Of a stretch of DNA of 64,000 nt, positions 48,501 to 57,544 are shown in pieces. The translations under genes were made by a program, and so were the position numbers. The notes under the pieces were generated by a model that was given only the letters and a program-made list of their open reading frames with translations, searched no databases and was not told the DNA's origin. Source of the DNA: Planctomycetota bacterium (GTDB lineage: Bacteria > Planctomycetota > UBA11346); contig JBBRLJ010000005.1 of the NCBI GenBank assembly GCA_038231435.1, positions 32,001 to 96,000 on the forward strand, given 5' to 3'. Within the stretch, counting starts at the first letter, position 1. Each line of letters begins with the position of its first letter.

Positions 48501-48739
48501 ATCGAATCGATGCCTGCGATGGTGGAGAACTGCCGTTCGAGCGGCGTGGCCACCGCCGCCGCCATGGTCTCGGGGTTCGCTCCGGGCAGGCCGGCGCTCA
48601 CCTGGATGGTGGGGAAGTCGACGCTCGGCAGGTCGCTGACCGGGAGCTGGAGGTAGCCCATCACGCCGAAGGCGAGGATCCCGAGCATAACCAGCGTGGT
48701 CATCACCGGGAGGCGGATGAAGAGGGCGGAGATGTTCAC
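45569..48739 (-). CDS. RND efflux permease, MdtB/MdtC-like
   Basis: 'LPVSDLP.VDFPTI', VVDDAIVMLENI, GIVKKNAIMMIDF, RFRPIMMTT. Confidence 0.96.
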   Translation of the reverse strand: MNISALFIRLPVMTTLVMLGILAFGVMGYLQLPVSDLPSVDFPTIQVSAGLPGANPETMAAAVATPLERQFSTIAGIDSMTSTSSLGSTQVTLQFNLNRSIDAAAQDVQTAIAAAQRQLPPGMPTPPTYRKVNPADAPVLYLALHSETLPLSTVDEYGESMMAQRISMVDGVAQVVVYGSQKYAVRVQVDPAAMAARGITLADVHQAIQQSNVNLPTGTLNGHHQAFTVLASGQLDDAAAFRSLVVAYRNGAPIRLEQIGQVVDGVQNDKVANWFNGTRSVVLAVQRQPGVNTVAVVDSIKALIPRFQAQLPASLKLDLLFDRSVSIRSSVSDVKRTLLLTGILVVLVIFAFLRNGRATLIPSLSLPMSVIGTFAVMRMLGYNLDNLSLMALTLATGFVVDDAIVMLENIVRRMEHGETVQEAALKGSKQIGFTVLSMTLSLTAVFIPLLFMGGIVGRLFREFAVTIAVSILISGFISLTLTPMLCSRFLRPPRERHNLAYRITERMFTGMLWAYEHSLRVALKLRLLVLILCFATIGVTVWLFTIIPKGFIPNEDTGQLNGRTQAAQDISFEDMSKNQFRIAEIIGANANVAAYMSVAGAGGTSNQGFAFIRLKDQYERKATPEEVIDQLRKSTAGLPGLRAFFSNPPPINIGGRTGNGQYQYTMQGSDRDELYRVAAEMEGKFRAIPGIIDVSTDLQLKSPRIRIEIDRDKAAELNISAQQIESTLADAFGANQASTIYTDTDEYWVILELDPRHQMDPAALSTLYVRPSTQPQGAKASSGASASPGGLVPISAVSKLSRGVGPLTINHQGQLPAVTISFNLSQGASVGTVVDSIGQLARSELPRTITGSFQGSAQAFQSSFAGMLVLVFVAIGVIYMILGILYESFVHPITILSGLPSAGIGALGTLLLFKVDLNIYAFVGIIMLIGIVKKNAIMMIDFALQIQHEEKKSAEEAIYQGCIVRFRPIMMTTMAALMGTLPLAIGLGTVSNSRHALGLAVVGGLLFSQLITLYITPVVYIYLDHLQRALSRSRRESPAPSESQPLASSPSGRSPV

Positions 48740-50064
48740 TTGCCGCTCTGCTTACCGTCCTTGGAGCCGCCCTTGGAGCCGTCCCTGGAATTGTCAGCGG
48801 AGCCGTCGCCGCGTTTCGGGGCATCGCCGGCGGGATTCTCGGCGCGAGGAGCGTCTCCGTCGCGCGCCTCCTGCACCTTGGCGCCTGGGGACACCCGCAG
48901 CAGACCGTCGACGACCACGGTCTCGCCTGCGTTCAGACCCTTGGCGATCACCGTTTCGCCGCTGATCGAGCGGTCGACGGTGACCAGCCGCATCTCGGCG
49001 GTCAGGTCGGCCTTGACCACGAAGACGTAATCGCCCTTCTGGCCAGTCTGCACCGCTTGCGATGGAACGCTGATCGCGCCGTGCTGGGAACCGAGCCTGA
49101 CGACCACATCGACGAATTCTCCCGGCCACAGTACGCCGTCGGCGTTGGCGAAGACCGCGCGCAACTGAATGGTGCCGGTGGTCTGGTCGATCTGATTGTC
49201 GATGACATCGATCGTGCCGGTCCGCCGCCAATCCCCGCCACTCGCGCTCGGCCGGGCCTCGACCTCGAGTCGGCCTTGCGCCTGGTGCGAGCGCAGATCC
49301 TGGAGGTCGGATTCTGGAACCGAGAACACCACGTAGATGGGCTCCAGCCGATTGATGGTGACCAGCGCGGTTGCGCCGGCCGTCAGCAGGTTGCCTTCGT
49401 TCACCAGCAGCATGCCGGCGCGCCCCGCGAAGGGGGCGCGGATCGAACAATAGTCCAGCTGCAGCCGCGCGTTCTCGACGGCTGCCTCATCGGCGGCGAT
49501 CGCGGCCTTCCCGGTCTCGACCGCCGCCCGGTCGGCGTCCACCGAGGCGCGCGCCGCCGTCGCGGCGGTGCGCAACTGTTCGACCTGCTCCTTGGTGGTG
49601 ACGCCCTGCCCCAGCAGGTCGCCGTAGCGGCGCGCCTGCAGCTCGGCATTGGCGGCTTGGGCCTCGTCGCGCGCGGCGTTCGCCTCTGCCTGGAGCTTTC
49701 CAGAGCGGCTCTTGTCGGCGTTCGCTTCCGCCTGCTTGAGCGCCTGCTCGGCAGGCCGCGGATCTACGCTGGCCAGGACCTGGCCTTGGGCGACGTCGGT
49801 TCCTTCGGTGAACGACACCTTGGTGAGGATGCCGGAGATCTGCGAACGGATCGTCACTGATGACGACGGTTGCACGGTTCCGATCCCACGCTGTTCGATC
49901 GCCATGTCCTTGGCCTGGGCGGCGGCGGTCTTCACCGGAGCGGGTGGAGGTCCCTGCTTGGCCTTGCCATCCGCCGCGGACTGGGAGCAGCCCGCGATCA
50001 GCGCCAGGCAGGCCGCGGCCACCGCGTTGCGGGTCGGGATGGCACGGGCGATTCGCTTCGTCAT
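48736..50064 (-). CDS. RND periplasmic adaptor (MdtA-like lipoprotein)
   Basis: Lipobox IAGC; 'IRSQISG', 'IRAPFAGR', 'DNQID.TTGT', 'LWPGEFV'; GTGA overlap with the permease. Confidence 0.93.
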   Translation of the reverse strand: MTKRIARAIPTRNAVAAACLALIAGCSQSAADGKAKQGPPPAPVKTAAAQAKDMAIEQRGIGTVQPSSSVTIRSQISGILTKVSFTEGTDVAQGQVLASVDPRPAEQALKQAEANADKSRSGKLQAEANAARDEAQAANAELQARRYGDLLGQGVTTKEQVEQLRTAATAARASVDADRAAVETGKAAIAADEAAVENARLQLDYCSIRAPFAGRAGMLLVNEGNLLTAGATALVTINRLEPIYVVFSVPESDLQDLRSHQAQGRLEVEARPSASGGDWRRTGTIDVIDNQIDQTTGTIQLRAVFANADGVLWPGEFVDVVVRLGSQHGAISVPSQAVQTGQKGDYVFVVKADLTAEMRLVTVDRSISGETVIAKGLNAGETVVVDGLLRVSPGAKVQEARDGDAPRAENPAGDAPKRGDGSADNSRDGSKGGSKDGKQSGK

Positions 50065-50186
50065 GAGACTCCTGTCAGGCTCGCGGATGCGGCGGTGGCG
50101 AAGGGCGATATGCTCATGCATTACCCGCCGCGATACATGGCTTTCGGTACGACTCCGGACGCAGTCCGGACGGCCATCCGTCCAGA

Positions 50187-50235
50187 CGATCGTGCGGTCG
50201 GCCTTGACCGCCTCCTCGGGCGAACCGCACGATCG
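50187..50235 (-). terminator. 12-bp perfect inverted repeat just after the CARDB gene
   Basis: CGATCGTGCGGT (50187-50198) / ACCGCACGATCG (50224-50235). Confidence 0.4.
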
Positions 50236-50239
50236 GCAT

Positions 50240-51013
50240 TCAGCCATGATGGGAGGCGAACGAGACCGGCACGGTGACGCTCTGGGTGTTGTCGCCCTCG
50301 TTCGATTCGCTGACGGTGTTGTTCGGATCGAGGATGACCGTGAAGGTGTGGCTGCCGGTCGATTCGATGAGGTTCAACGACACGCTCTGTGTCGCATTGG
50401 GTCCGAGCCCCGGAATGGTGCCGGTCTGGTAGCCGGGAATGCCATCGCGGCTGATGCTCCAATCGAAGCCGCCCACGCCGCTGCCGTCGCCCGTGGCGTT
50501 GCCGACGGTGAAGGACAGCGTGAACGTCGCTCCCGCCGCGGGGTTCGCCGGAGAGACGGCGGGTGGAACCGCGAAGTAGAGGTCGACTCCGGCTGGCGGA
50601 GGTGTCCCACCCCAGGTGATCGTCACGCCGGCAACGTTGTCGTTCTCGTCGGATTCCGCTATCGCCCCATCCGGATCGAGCACGATGTCGTAGCTGTGGG
50701 TTCCCGAAGGCTCCTGGACCTGCACGGTCTGCGGCGCGGTGGTTCCCGGGGTGATTGCCGCGGTGGTTCCGGAGAGGAAGCCGTCCACGCCATCCCTGAA
50801 CACGCGCCACGGCACGCTCACCGGGGTCGAGGAGGAATCGTTCACCGCGACGACGAACGAGATGGTGACGATCTGTCCCGAGGTCGGAGCGGGAGGAGAG
50901 TAGAGCGGCGCAGAGGCGAAGGTCAGGTCGAGGGTCGAGGCCGGCTTGGTTCCACATCCGCCGCAGAACAGCGACATCAGGGCGACGATCAGGAACGGAT
51001 GGCGGAGGTGCAT
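50240..51013 (-). CDS. Lipoprotein with two CARDB domains
   Basis: Signal ending CGGC; two repeats ending 'LDP...[IV].ES.E.DN'. Confidence 0.85.
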   Translation of the reverse strand: MHLRHPFLIVALMSLFCGGCGTKPASTLDLTFASAPLYSPPAPTSGQIVTISFVVAVNDSSSTPVSVPWRVFRDGVDGFLSGTTAAITPGTTAPQTVQVQEPSGTHSYDIVLDPDGAIAESDENDNVAGVTITWGGTPPPAGVDLYFAVPPAVSPANPAAGATFTLSFTVGNATGDGSGVGGFDWSISRDGIPGYQTGTIPGLGPNATQSVSLNLIESTGSHTFTVILDPNNTVSESNEGDNTQSVTVPVSFASHHG

Positions 51014-51207
51014 GGGGTGCTCTCGAGAGGGTGGCTTCGCGACCCTAGGCATGCGAAGGTGATGGATCGATGACGGAAGGCGGACCGAGGCGCCAAACCG
51101 ACAACTAAAGTTTATCGTGGGAGCCGAATGGCGGATTGCGCGCGGCCCGGTGATGCCACGGTAAGGCGGCGCCAGCGTCGGCGTCCCAACCACGGGATGT
51201 TCCACTC

Positions 51208-51504
51208 ATGAAGCGATTTCCCCTGCCTCCGCTCGCCGTGCTGATCGGACTCGGGATCCTCTCTGGTTGCGGCGATAGCCGTCCATCATCCGAGCCTCCT
51301 CCGGCCCGCGTCGAAGTGATCGAGGGTGCCCCGTCCAACCACCATGTGTGGGTGGAAGGGCATTGGGTCCGGCGCCACGGGGACTGGGAATGGGAGCCGG
51401 GCCATTGGGCGATGCGGCCGCGAGAGGGTGCGACATGGGTGCCCGGACATTACGTGCACCGCTATCACGGGACGGAGTGGGTGCCGGGGCACTGGCGAGA
51501 CTGA
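51208..51504 (+). CDS. WXXGXW (YXWGXW) repeat lipoprotein
   Basis: Lipobox LSGC; WVEGHW, WEPGHW, WVPGHY, WVPGHW repeats. Confidence 0.9.
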   Translation: MKRFPLPPLAVLIGLGILSGCGDSRPSSEPPPARVEVIEGAPSNHHVWVEGHWVRRHGDWEWEPGHWAMRPREGATWVPGHYVHRYHGTEWVPGHWRD

Positions 51505-51523
51505 GCTGGCGCGCGCGCGAGCG

Positions 51524-51551
51524 TTGACGATTGGCATAATAATTCTACCGT
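51524..51551 (+). promoter_or_regulatory. Putative sigma70-type promoter for the GYF-PrsW gene
   Basis: TTGACG-16 nt AT-rich spacer-TACCGT, followed by AGGAG and ATG 51580. Confidence 0.4.
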
Positions 51552-51579
51552 CCCTGACCAAGCTCAGGAGCCGGTCACC

Positions 51580-53460
51580 ATGGGCGCGCAGCAGTGGTTC
51601 ATCGAGGAAGAGGGCATCGAGGACGGCCCATTCAGCTCGACGCAGTTGCGTGAGCTGGCGCGCTCCGGGCGCGTGGTCGCGGATACGCCGGTGCGCCATG
51701 ATGGCATGTCGCGTTTCGTGCTCGCCCGCACCATCAAGGGCCTGACCGTCGGCGTCGCGCTTCCCGTCCTGCCGGTGCCGGTGGCGAGTGCCGCGAACGC
51801 GCAGCTGTTCGAGGACAATCCTTCCGCATCCGCATCCGCATCCGCATCCGCATCCGCATCCGCATCCGAGTCCGGGCCGGCACCGCTAGCGTCGGAGCGC
51901 GCGCTCGATCCCAGCGCGCCCGCGGAAAGCCTGTTCGAGAACGCTTCAACGCCGTCGCCGGCCAGGCCGGCGCACCGCGTCGCCCAGTCGCGCAGCCGCA
52001 TCAACGAGGACATCGCGGCCGCGATGATCGGTCGTCGCGCCTCCGATGTCGTTCCAGCGTCAGGGCTGCCGGTCCACCCCCCGACATGGACCGATCTCTG
52101 GCCGCTCGCCGGACTGTGCCTGGTGATGGGCTGGGTCATCGGCGGCTACGCCAGTTTCGGACGCTTGTTCCTGCCTGGCGCGGTGTTGCCCATCCTGGTG
52201 CTGGCGCTGGGCGGAGTGCCGTTCGCATTCGCCGCCATCATCCATTATCTGCGGCCACGGCGCATTCCCGTAGGCACCGCCATCGGCGTGGCCCTGTTCA
52301 CGGCGATTGTCGGCATCGTGATGCTGCTGGTGCTGCAATTCCTCGCGCAGATGGCCGCCCACAGCCATCGCATCCCGCATGGACGCGGGGCGATCATCTG
52401 GGGAATCCTCGCGGCCATCGGCACGGCGTACGACTGGATCCACAGCGACAGCGTGGTGCAGCGCTGGTTTGGTTTCGTCTTCGGCGTCGGCCTGTGCGAG
52501 GAGACCGCCAAGTTGCTGCCGCTGGTGGCGCTGGTGCTGTGGCGATCAGATCGCGCGATGAGCGTCCACGCCTTCCTCTTCATCGGCTTCGCCTCGGGAG
52601 TCGGATTCGGCGTCGGCGAGGCGCTCTACTGCTACGCGCCCTGGAGCGGCAACCCCGGGCTCGGCTCCAACATCATCCGCTGGTACAGCGCGGTGCCATC
52701 GCATGCGATCTACACCACGGTGTGCGCCGCGTTCCTGTGGAAGCTGGCGGAGCGTCTTGAGGCGTCCGAGGGCTGGGAACGCGCGGGCGTGGTGGCCATG
52801 GCCGCTGGCGCGATGGCGATCGTGCACGGCACCTACGACACGGTGTGCAGCATGGGCATCACCGTGTCGCTGGTCATGGAGACGTTGTCATTCGCGCTCT
52901 TGATCTGGGCGGTGCGCTGGGTCTCGGTCGACGCGGTCGAGCCGCCCGCTGCATCTCCCAGGTCTTTGGAGCCCACGCAGCAGGAGCCCGCGTCGTGGGT
53001 GGTCGCACTGACGGCGCGGCGGCCGATGTACTTCGGCCTCGGCGGCGCGGCATTGATGCTGGCGTTGGCGATGGCCTCGAGCTCGAGCCGAGCGGATGCG
53101 CTGCCCAAGATCATCCAGGCGGCCCTGCCTCCCGCGTACCGGCCCTATGTGATCGGCGTCGAGGTGAAGACCACCATCCAGGGGACATCCCTGTCGATCC
53201 CGCTTGGCGTGAGCTTCCGCTTCTCGCTCGCGGACGAAGCGGTGGTGGGCACGTTCACCAACACCGGCGATACCGCCCTCCATCATCTGGTGATCACCTG
53301 CTCGAATCCGGAGGAAGGCGACAAGGCCATCACCATCGGCGATCTCGAGCCCGGAGCCGCAGCCGTGATCGACGCGAGGCGGGGCTGGGAATTCGCCCCA
53401 CGCGAATCGGTGACCCTGAAGGCCGACGAGCACGACGCCGAGACCTTGACCTTGCCCTGA
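51580..53460 (+). CDS. GYF_2 (DUF4339) domain - PrsW-family intramembrane metalloprotease fusion
   Basis: 'WF.......GPFS..QL..L...G......V'; PrsW motifs GLCEETAK, G.GFG..E, H, HGTYD; soluble beta-rich C-terminus. Confidence 0.85.
   Translation: MGAQQWFIEEEGIEDGPFSSTQLRELARSGRVVADTPVRHDGMSRFVLARTIKGLTVGVALPVLPVPVASAANAQLFEDNPSASASASASASASASESGPAPLASERALDPSAPAESLFENASTPSPARPAHRVAQSRSRINEDIAAAMIGRRASDVVPASGLPVHPPTWTDLWPLAGLCLVMGWVIGGYASFGRLFLPGAVLPILVLALGGVPFAFAAIIHYLRPRRIPVGTAIGVALFTAIVGIVMLLVLQFLAQMAAHSHRIPHGRGAIIWGILAAIGTAYDWIHSDSVVQRWFGFVFGVGLCEETAKLLPLVALVLWRSDRAMSVHAFLFIGFASGVGFGVGEALYCYAPWSGNPGLGSNIIRWYSAVPSHAIYTTVCAAFLWKLAERLEASEGWERAGVVAMAAGAMAIVHGTYDTVCSMGITVSLVMETLSFALLIWAVRWVSVDAVEPPAASPRSLEPTQQEPASWVVALTARRPMYFGLGGAALMLALAMASSSSRADALPKIIQAALPPAYRPYVIGVEVKTTIQGTSLSIPLGVSFRFSLADEAVVGTFTNTGDTALHHLVITCSNPEEGDKAITIGDLEPGAAAVIDARRGWEFAPRESVTLKADEHDAETLTLP
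51823..51868 (+). repeat. (TCCGCA)7 in-frame hexanucleotide repeat encoding (Ser-Ala)7
   Basis: Seven perfect copies 51823-51864 plus a partial TCCG. Confidence 0.95.
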
Positions 53461-53577
53461 GCCTGATGAGCGGGATATCGATTCGGCCAAGCGCGAGGAC
53501 GAGCTCTGCCGGAGGCTGTGCGCGGTGGCGGACCACGTGCCTGAGCGATGCGCGCACAGCGCCCGCACCAGGGCTGA

Positions 53578-54108
53578 TCAGGAACGGCGACGCTTCCCCT
53601 GCTGCTTCAGTTGTGGCGCGGGCATGTTCGGGCGGAAGCCCGGTCGAACCACCGGCTGGGCGGGGCCGCCGAGCGACAGGGCCCCGCGCGCGTCGATCGC
53701 CACCGGCACCCCAGAGGCTGTGAGCGTGCAGCCACGCATCGTCCCCGCGCCGGGAAGCTCGAGCACATCGCTCTTCGCATGCACGATGGCGCCCGCGGCG
53801 CCGAAGCGTCCCACGATGCGGAGCACGCCGGCCGTGGTTTCCTCGGCGCGACCGATCACCGCGCCATCAGCGAGAACCACTTCCGAGAAGGCCGGGCCAT
53901 GCCTGACCGCGATCCCCGGCTTGGCCTGCGCCAGGACGTTCCTCGCCACCGTCGCGATGGATCGTCCCTGCTCGTCGCACAGCTCGAAATCGACGACCAG
54001 ATGTCCGTCGCCCGCGCGCTGATGCAGGCGGAACACTTCCTTCTCGCCCACCAGCAACACCGGCTTGCAGTTTTCGATGGTGATGCCGCCGAGGATCAGA
54101 GTGGCCAT
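53578..54108 (-). CDS. Hypothetical beta-rich protein
   Basis: GAGGAG RBS before ATG 54108; GC3-biased ORF; no recognised motif. Confidence 0.6.
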   Translation of the reverse strand: MATLILGGITIENCKPVLLVGEKEVFRLHQRAGDGHLVVDFELCDEQGRSIATVARNVLAQAKPGIAVRHGPAFSEVVLADGAVIGRAEETTAGVLRIVGRFGAAGAIVHAKSDVLELPGAGTMRGCTLTASGVPVAIDARGALSLGGPAQPVVRPGFRPNMPAPQLKQQGKRRRS

Positions 54109-54318
54109 GCGTTCTCCTCGCTCACCGTAGCCTAGTCCCCGGCCTCCGATAGTGGCGCTCCAGACTGGATCGAGATGGGCGCGCGTGAAGCGAGTCGCGC
54201 ACGAGCGTCTGCCAGGCCAACCCTCCACAGCAGCTTTCCGGGTCGACGTCACGACCTCGAGGTTAGCGCATCGGCGTAGAAGCCCTGGTGCCTATCCTGC
54301 TGGCAACAGAGGTGCGAC

Positions 54319-54753
54319 ATGCTGAAATCCCTGCGGATCTTCCATATCGATGACAACCGGGGCGATCTCGAATTGATGCGCGAGGCGCTCTCCGCGCACC
54401 ACCACGTCCAGCTCGAATGCGTCGACGAGCCGGTGACGGCGATGGGGAAGATGGCCCAGCACGCGATCCATGGCACCGCGCCGTCGCTGATCCTGCTCGA
54501 CCTGAATCTGCCTGGCATCGATGGAAAGGATGTGCTGCAGCTGCTGAACGCGAACAGCGAACTGCGCAAGATCCCGGTGGTGGTGCTGACCTCATCGGAT
54601 CGCGCCCACGAGCGCGAGGCCTGCCTGCAGCTCGGGGCAAAGGCCTTCATTACCAAGCCCGACACCTTCGAGGCCCTGTGCGAGGCCGCGACCACCATGC
54701 TCGGCATGGTCGGCGGGCGCGCGCCGGCCAAGCAGGCGAAAGCCGGCGGCTGA
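54319..54753 (+). CDS. Single-domain response regulator (Rcp1-like)
   Basis: IDDN, LILLDLNLPGIDG, IPVVVLTSS, FITKP. Confidence 0.92.
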   Translation: MLKSLRIFHIDDNRGDLELMREALSAHHHVQLECVDEPVTAMGKMAQHAIHGTAPSLILLDLNLPGIDGKDVLQLLNANSELRKIPVVVLTSSDRAHEREACLQLGAKAFITKPDTFEALCEAATTMLGMVGGRAPAKQAKAGG

Positions 54754-54765
54754 CGTCGCTGCCGC

Positions 54766-56049
54766 TCAGCCCTGGCCGGCGCAACGCGCGCACAGCGCGG
54801 TGGGGCGATCGATCGGCGCCATCAGGTCGGTGCCGCACGACGAGCATTTCACCACGTGCTGGCGCTTGATCAGCCCGCCCGTCGCACGCACCTCTTGCCG
54901 TGCCGAGTCGCCGGTTGGCGGCTGCTTCGCCTGATCCATCTCGGCCTGCTTGCGCGCGCGGATGGCGGCGATGCCGGTGAGCGGCGGACCTCCAGCGGGG
55001 ATCGCCGGGGAGGGTGGATTGTGAGGCTGCTGATTCGCGGGAATGCGGGTGATTCCCGGCGGAGGAGTGCGCATCGCGGCGAGACGGCTGGTGAGCGCCG
55101 GCGGCGGGGTTCGGAATGCCTGTGTGCGTTCCGTCGACTGGCCAGGCGCGACCGGCTCGCGGTGCGGGGGCTGCCAGCCCGGGGTGCGCATCCACTCGAC
55201 GATGGCCTTGAATTCATCGAGCACGAAGGGCTTCTTGACGATGGCCAGGCAGCCGAGGCTCTCGCGCAGCTTGGGATCGCGCACTTGCGACGGAAGATCG
55301 CTGTACAGCACCAGCTGGCTCGCGCTGCGCGCGAGCATGCGCCCGGTGCGCATCGCGTCGTCGCCGACCGGACCGACGATGAGCCCTGGCGTCATGGCAT
55401 GGATGGCCAGATCGGCGGCCTCGCGCCACGAAGTCATCACCCGCACGCTCACGCCCCGTGAGTCGAGCCGTTCCGCCAGCTGCGCGCAGCAGCCGGGCTG
55501 ATCCTCGAGAAAGGTGATCCACAGCGAGCTGCGTCGATCCACCGCGATCTCGTCGGTCAGCGACACGATCTTCAGGCGATCCGGAACGATGCCAGCCGGT
55601 GGGAGTTCGCCGGCCGAGGCTCCTGCGGGCGGCACCGGCTGGAGCATCCCGTTCGCCGAAGGGTGCGGCGCCGGTGCCGTGACCGGTCCGCGATTCGCTA
55701 GGCCGATGCGGGCGGGGGATTCGTTGATGAACGGGTGATGCAGCACGGCCACCAGGCCGTGCTCGGCGATCAGTGCGGCGTCGTGCTCGCGCGCCGGGCT
55801 CTGGGTGTAGAGCCCGTTGATCAGGGCAGGGTGCGCTTCGTGCACCGAGCGCACGAACTCGAGGCTCGCCGAGGTCACCGGAGCGAACATCAGGATCAGC
55901 ACCGCGCCGGCGAGCTGCAGATCGGTGATCGCGGCGAAGCCGCTGGTGTAATCCGCGACGAGGGTGCACGGGCAGCCGTTCTGCTGCAGCCATTCGGCCA
56001 GCGAACGCCCACCGCCGTACCCATCGTCGATGACGATCGAAGCGAACAT
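54766..56049 (-). CDS. Protein with two degenerate receiver-like domains, Pro-rich linkers and a C-terminal Zn ribbon
   Basis: 'IVIDD..','VLHHPF' and 'FLED..','IVKKPF' receiver-like segments; CSSC-x14-CARC. Confidence 0.6.
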   Translation of the reverse strand: MFASIVIDDGYGGGRSLAEWLQQNGCPCTLVADYTSGFAAITDLQLAGAVLILMFAPVTSASLEFVRSVHEAHPALINGLYTQSPAREHDAALIAEHGLVAVLHHPFINESPARIGLANRGPVTAPAPHPSANGMLQPVPPAGASAGELPPAGIVPDRLKIVSLTDEIAVDRRSSLWITFLEDQPGCCAQLAERLDSRGVSVRVMTSWREAADLAIHAMTPGLIVGPVGDDAMRTGRMLARSASQLVLYSDLPSQVRDPKLRESLGCLAIVKKPFVLDEFKAIVEWMRTPGWQPPHREPVAPGQSTERTQAFRTPPPALTSRLAAMRTPPPGITRIPANQQPHNPPSPAIPAGGPPLTGIAAIRARKQAEMDQAKQPPTGDSARQEVRATGGLIKRQHVVKCSSCGTDLMAPIDRPTALCARCAGQG

Positions 56050-56178
56050 GCCCAGGCATTACAGCCTCAGTAGCAGCCCGTGGCAAGTGTATAGATGGCC
56101 GACTGTGAAGAGCTTCAGGCATCTCGGGCCCGCCTGGCCACTGTGCCAGGCTGCATGAGGGGACATTCAGGAGAACCC

Positions 56179-56244
56179 ATGGGTCGCGCTGGCCATCTCG
56201 GCTTGCTCGTCCGCTCCATCCGGCAACTGTTCTGGCTGCCATGA
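56179..56244 (+). CDS. Putative 21-aa leader peptide/uORF (MGRAGHLGLLVRSIRQLFWLP)
   Basis: AGGAG RBS; stop overlaps the MFS start codon (ATGA). Confidence 0.4.
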   Translation: MGRAGHLGLLVRSIRQLFWLP

Positions 56245-57473
56245 CCACGTCCAACCAGGCAACCTCCGGCGAGACCACGGCGCCAGTCGTCCAGGGCACG
56301 CTGGTCGCGGTGCTCGCCGCGCTCACCGTCTCGCACTTGCTCAACGACATGATGCAGTCGGTGGTGTTCGCCATCTACCCACTGCTCAAGGAATCGTTCC
56401 ATCTGTCGTTCGCGCAGATCGGAACGCTCACCCTCGCCAACCAGCTCACGGCCTCGCTCCTGCAGCCGGTGGTGGGCCTGTACACCGATCGCCATCCAAT
56501 GCCGTATTCGCTCGGCATCGGCATGGCCTTCACGCTCGCCGGCCTGGTGCTGCTCGCGACCGCGACGTCGTTGTGGATGCTGCTGGTGGCGGTGGCGTCC
56601 GTCGGCGTGGGCTCGTCGGTGTTCCATCCCGAGGCCTCGCGCCTGGCCCGCGTCGCCTCGGGCGGTCGGCACGGCTTGGCGCAATCGGTGTTCCAGGTCG
56701 GCGGCAATCTCGGATCCTCGCTCGGGCCGCTGCTGGCCGCGCTGATCATCGTACCGCGCGGTCAGGGCGCGGTTGGTTGGTTCTCCGCCGCAGCCCTGGT
56801 GGCGATGGTCATCCTGTTCCGCGTCGGGTCCTGGCACCGCCGGCACCGCGCCGAGCAGGCAAAGTTGGGACCGCCCGCTGCGATCGCGGACTCGGGCCTG
56901 TCGGCGGCGCGCGTCCGTGCCAGCCTCGGGATCCTCGGGCTGCTGGTGTTCTCTAAATATTTCTACCTGGCCGGTCTCTCCAGCTATTACACGTTCTACC
57001 TGATCGAGCGCTTCCAGGTGACGACGCGGTCCGCGCAGCTGCACCTGTTCGTGTTCCTGTTCGCCGTCGCCGCGGGCACCATCCTCGGCGGTCCGATCGG
57101 CGACCGCATCGGGCGCAAGCGCGTGATCTGGGCATCGATCCTCGGCGTAGCGCCGTTCACCCTGGCGCTGCCGTACGCGGACCTGTTCTGGACCGGCGCG
57201 CTCAGCGTGGTGATCGGCGTGATCCTGGCGTCGGCCTTCTCGGCGATCCTGGTCTATGCCCAGGAGCTGGTGCCGGGGAAGGTCGGGATGATCTCGGGCC
57301 TGTTCTTCGGCTTCGCGTTCGGAGTCGCTGGCATTGGCGCGGCGGTGCTCGGCCAGCTGGCCGACCAGACCGGCATCGAGCACGTCTACCGGGTGTGCTC
57401 GTTCCTGCCCCTGATCGGCGTGATCACGGTCTTCCTGCCCGACCTCGGCGCCGACCGGCGTAGGCCGGCGTAG
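56241..57473 (+). CDS. fsr: MFS transporter, fosmidomycin-resistance (Fsr) family
   Basis: SHLLND, ASLLQP, GSSVFHPEASR, AQSVFQVGGN.G, GGPIGDRIGRK, SAFSAILVYAQEL. Confidence 0.9.
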   Translation: MTTSNQATSGETTAPVVQGTLVAVLAALTVSHLLNDMMQSVVFAIYPLLKESFHLSFAQIGTLTLANQLTASLLQPVVGLYTDRHPMPYSLGIGMAFTLAGLVLLATATSLWMLLVAVASVGVGSSVFHPEASRLARVASGGRHGLAQSVFQVGGNLGSSLGPLLAALIIVPRGQGAVGWFSAAALVAMVILFRVGSWHRRHRAEQAKLGPPAAIADSGLSAARVRASLGILGLLVFSKYFYLAGLSSYYTFYLIERFQVTTRSAQLHLFVFLFAVAAGTILGGPIGDRIGRKRVIWASILGVAPFTLALPYADLFWTGALSVVIGVILASAFSAILVYAQELVPGKVGMISGLFFGFAFGVAGIGAAVLGQLADQTGIEHVYRVCSFLPLIGVITVFLPDLGADRRRPA

Positions 57474-57544
57474 ACCCACAGGGCCACGTGGCCGGTGTCC
57501 CGGCGCCGGCCTGGCACCGGAGCAAACCCTGATAGGGTCTCCCC

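Noticed and set aside
45569..50064. RND pump lacking an outer-membrane factor as a novelty
   Set aside because: Use of a TolC-like channel encoded elsewhere is common.
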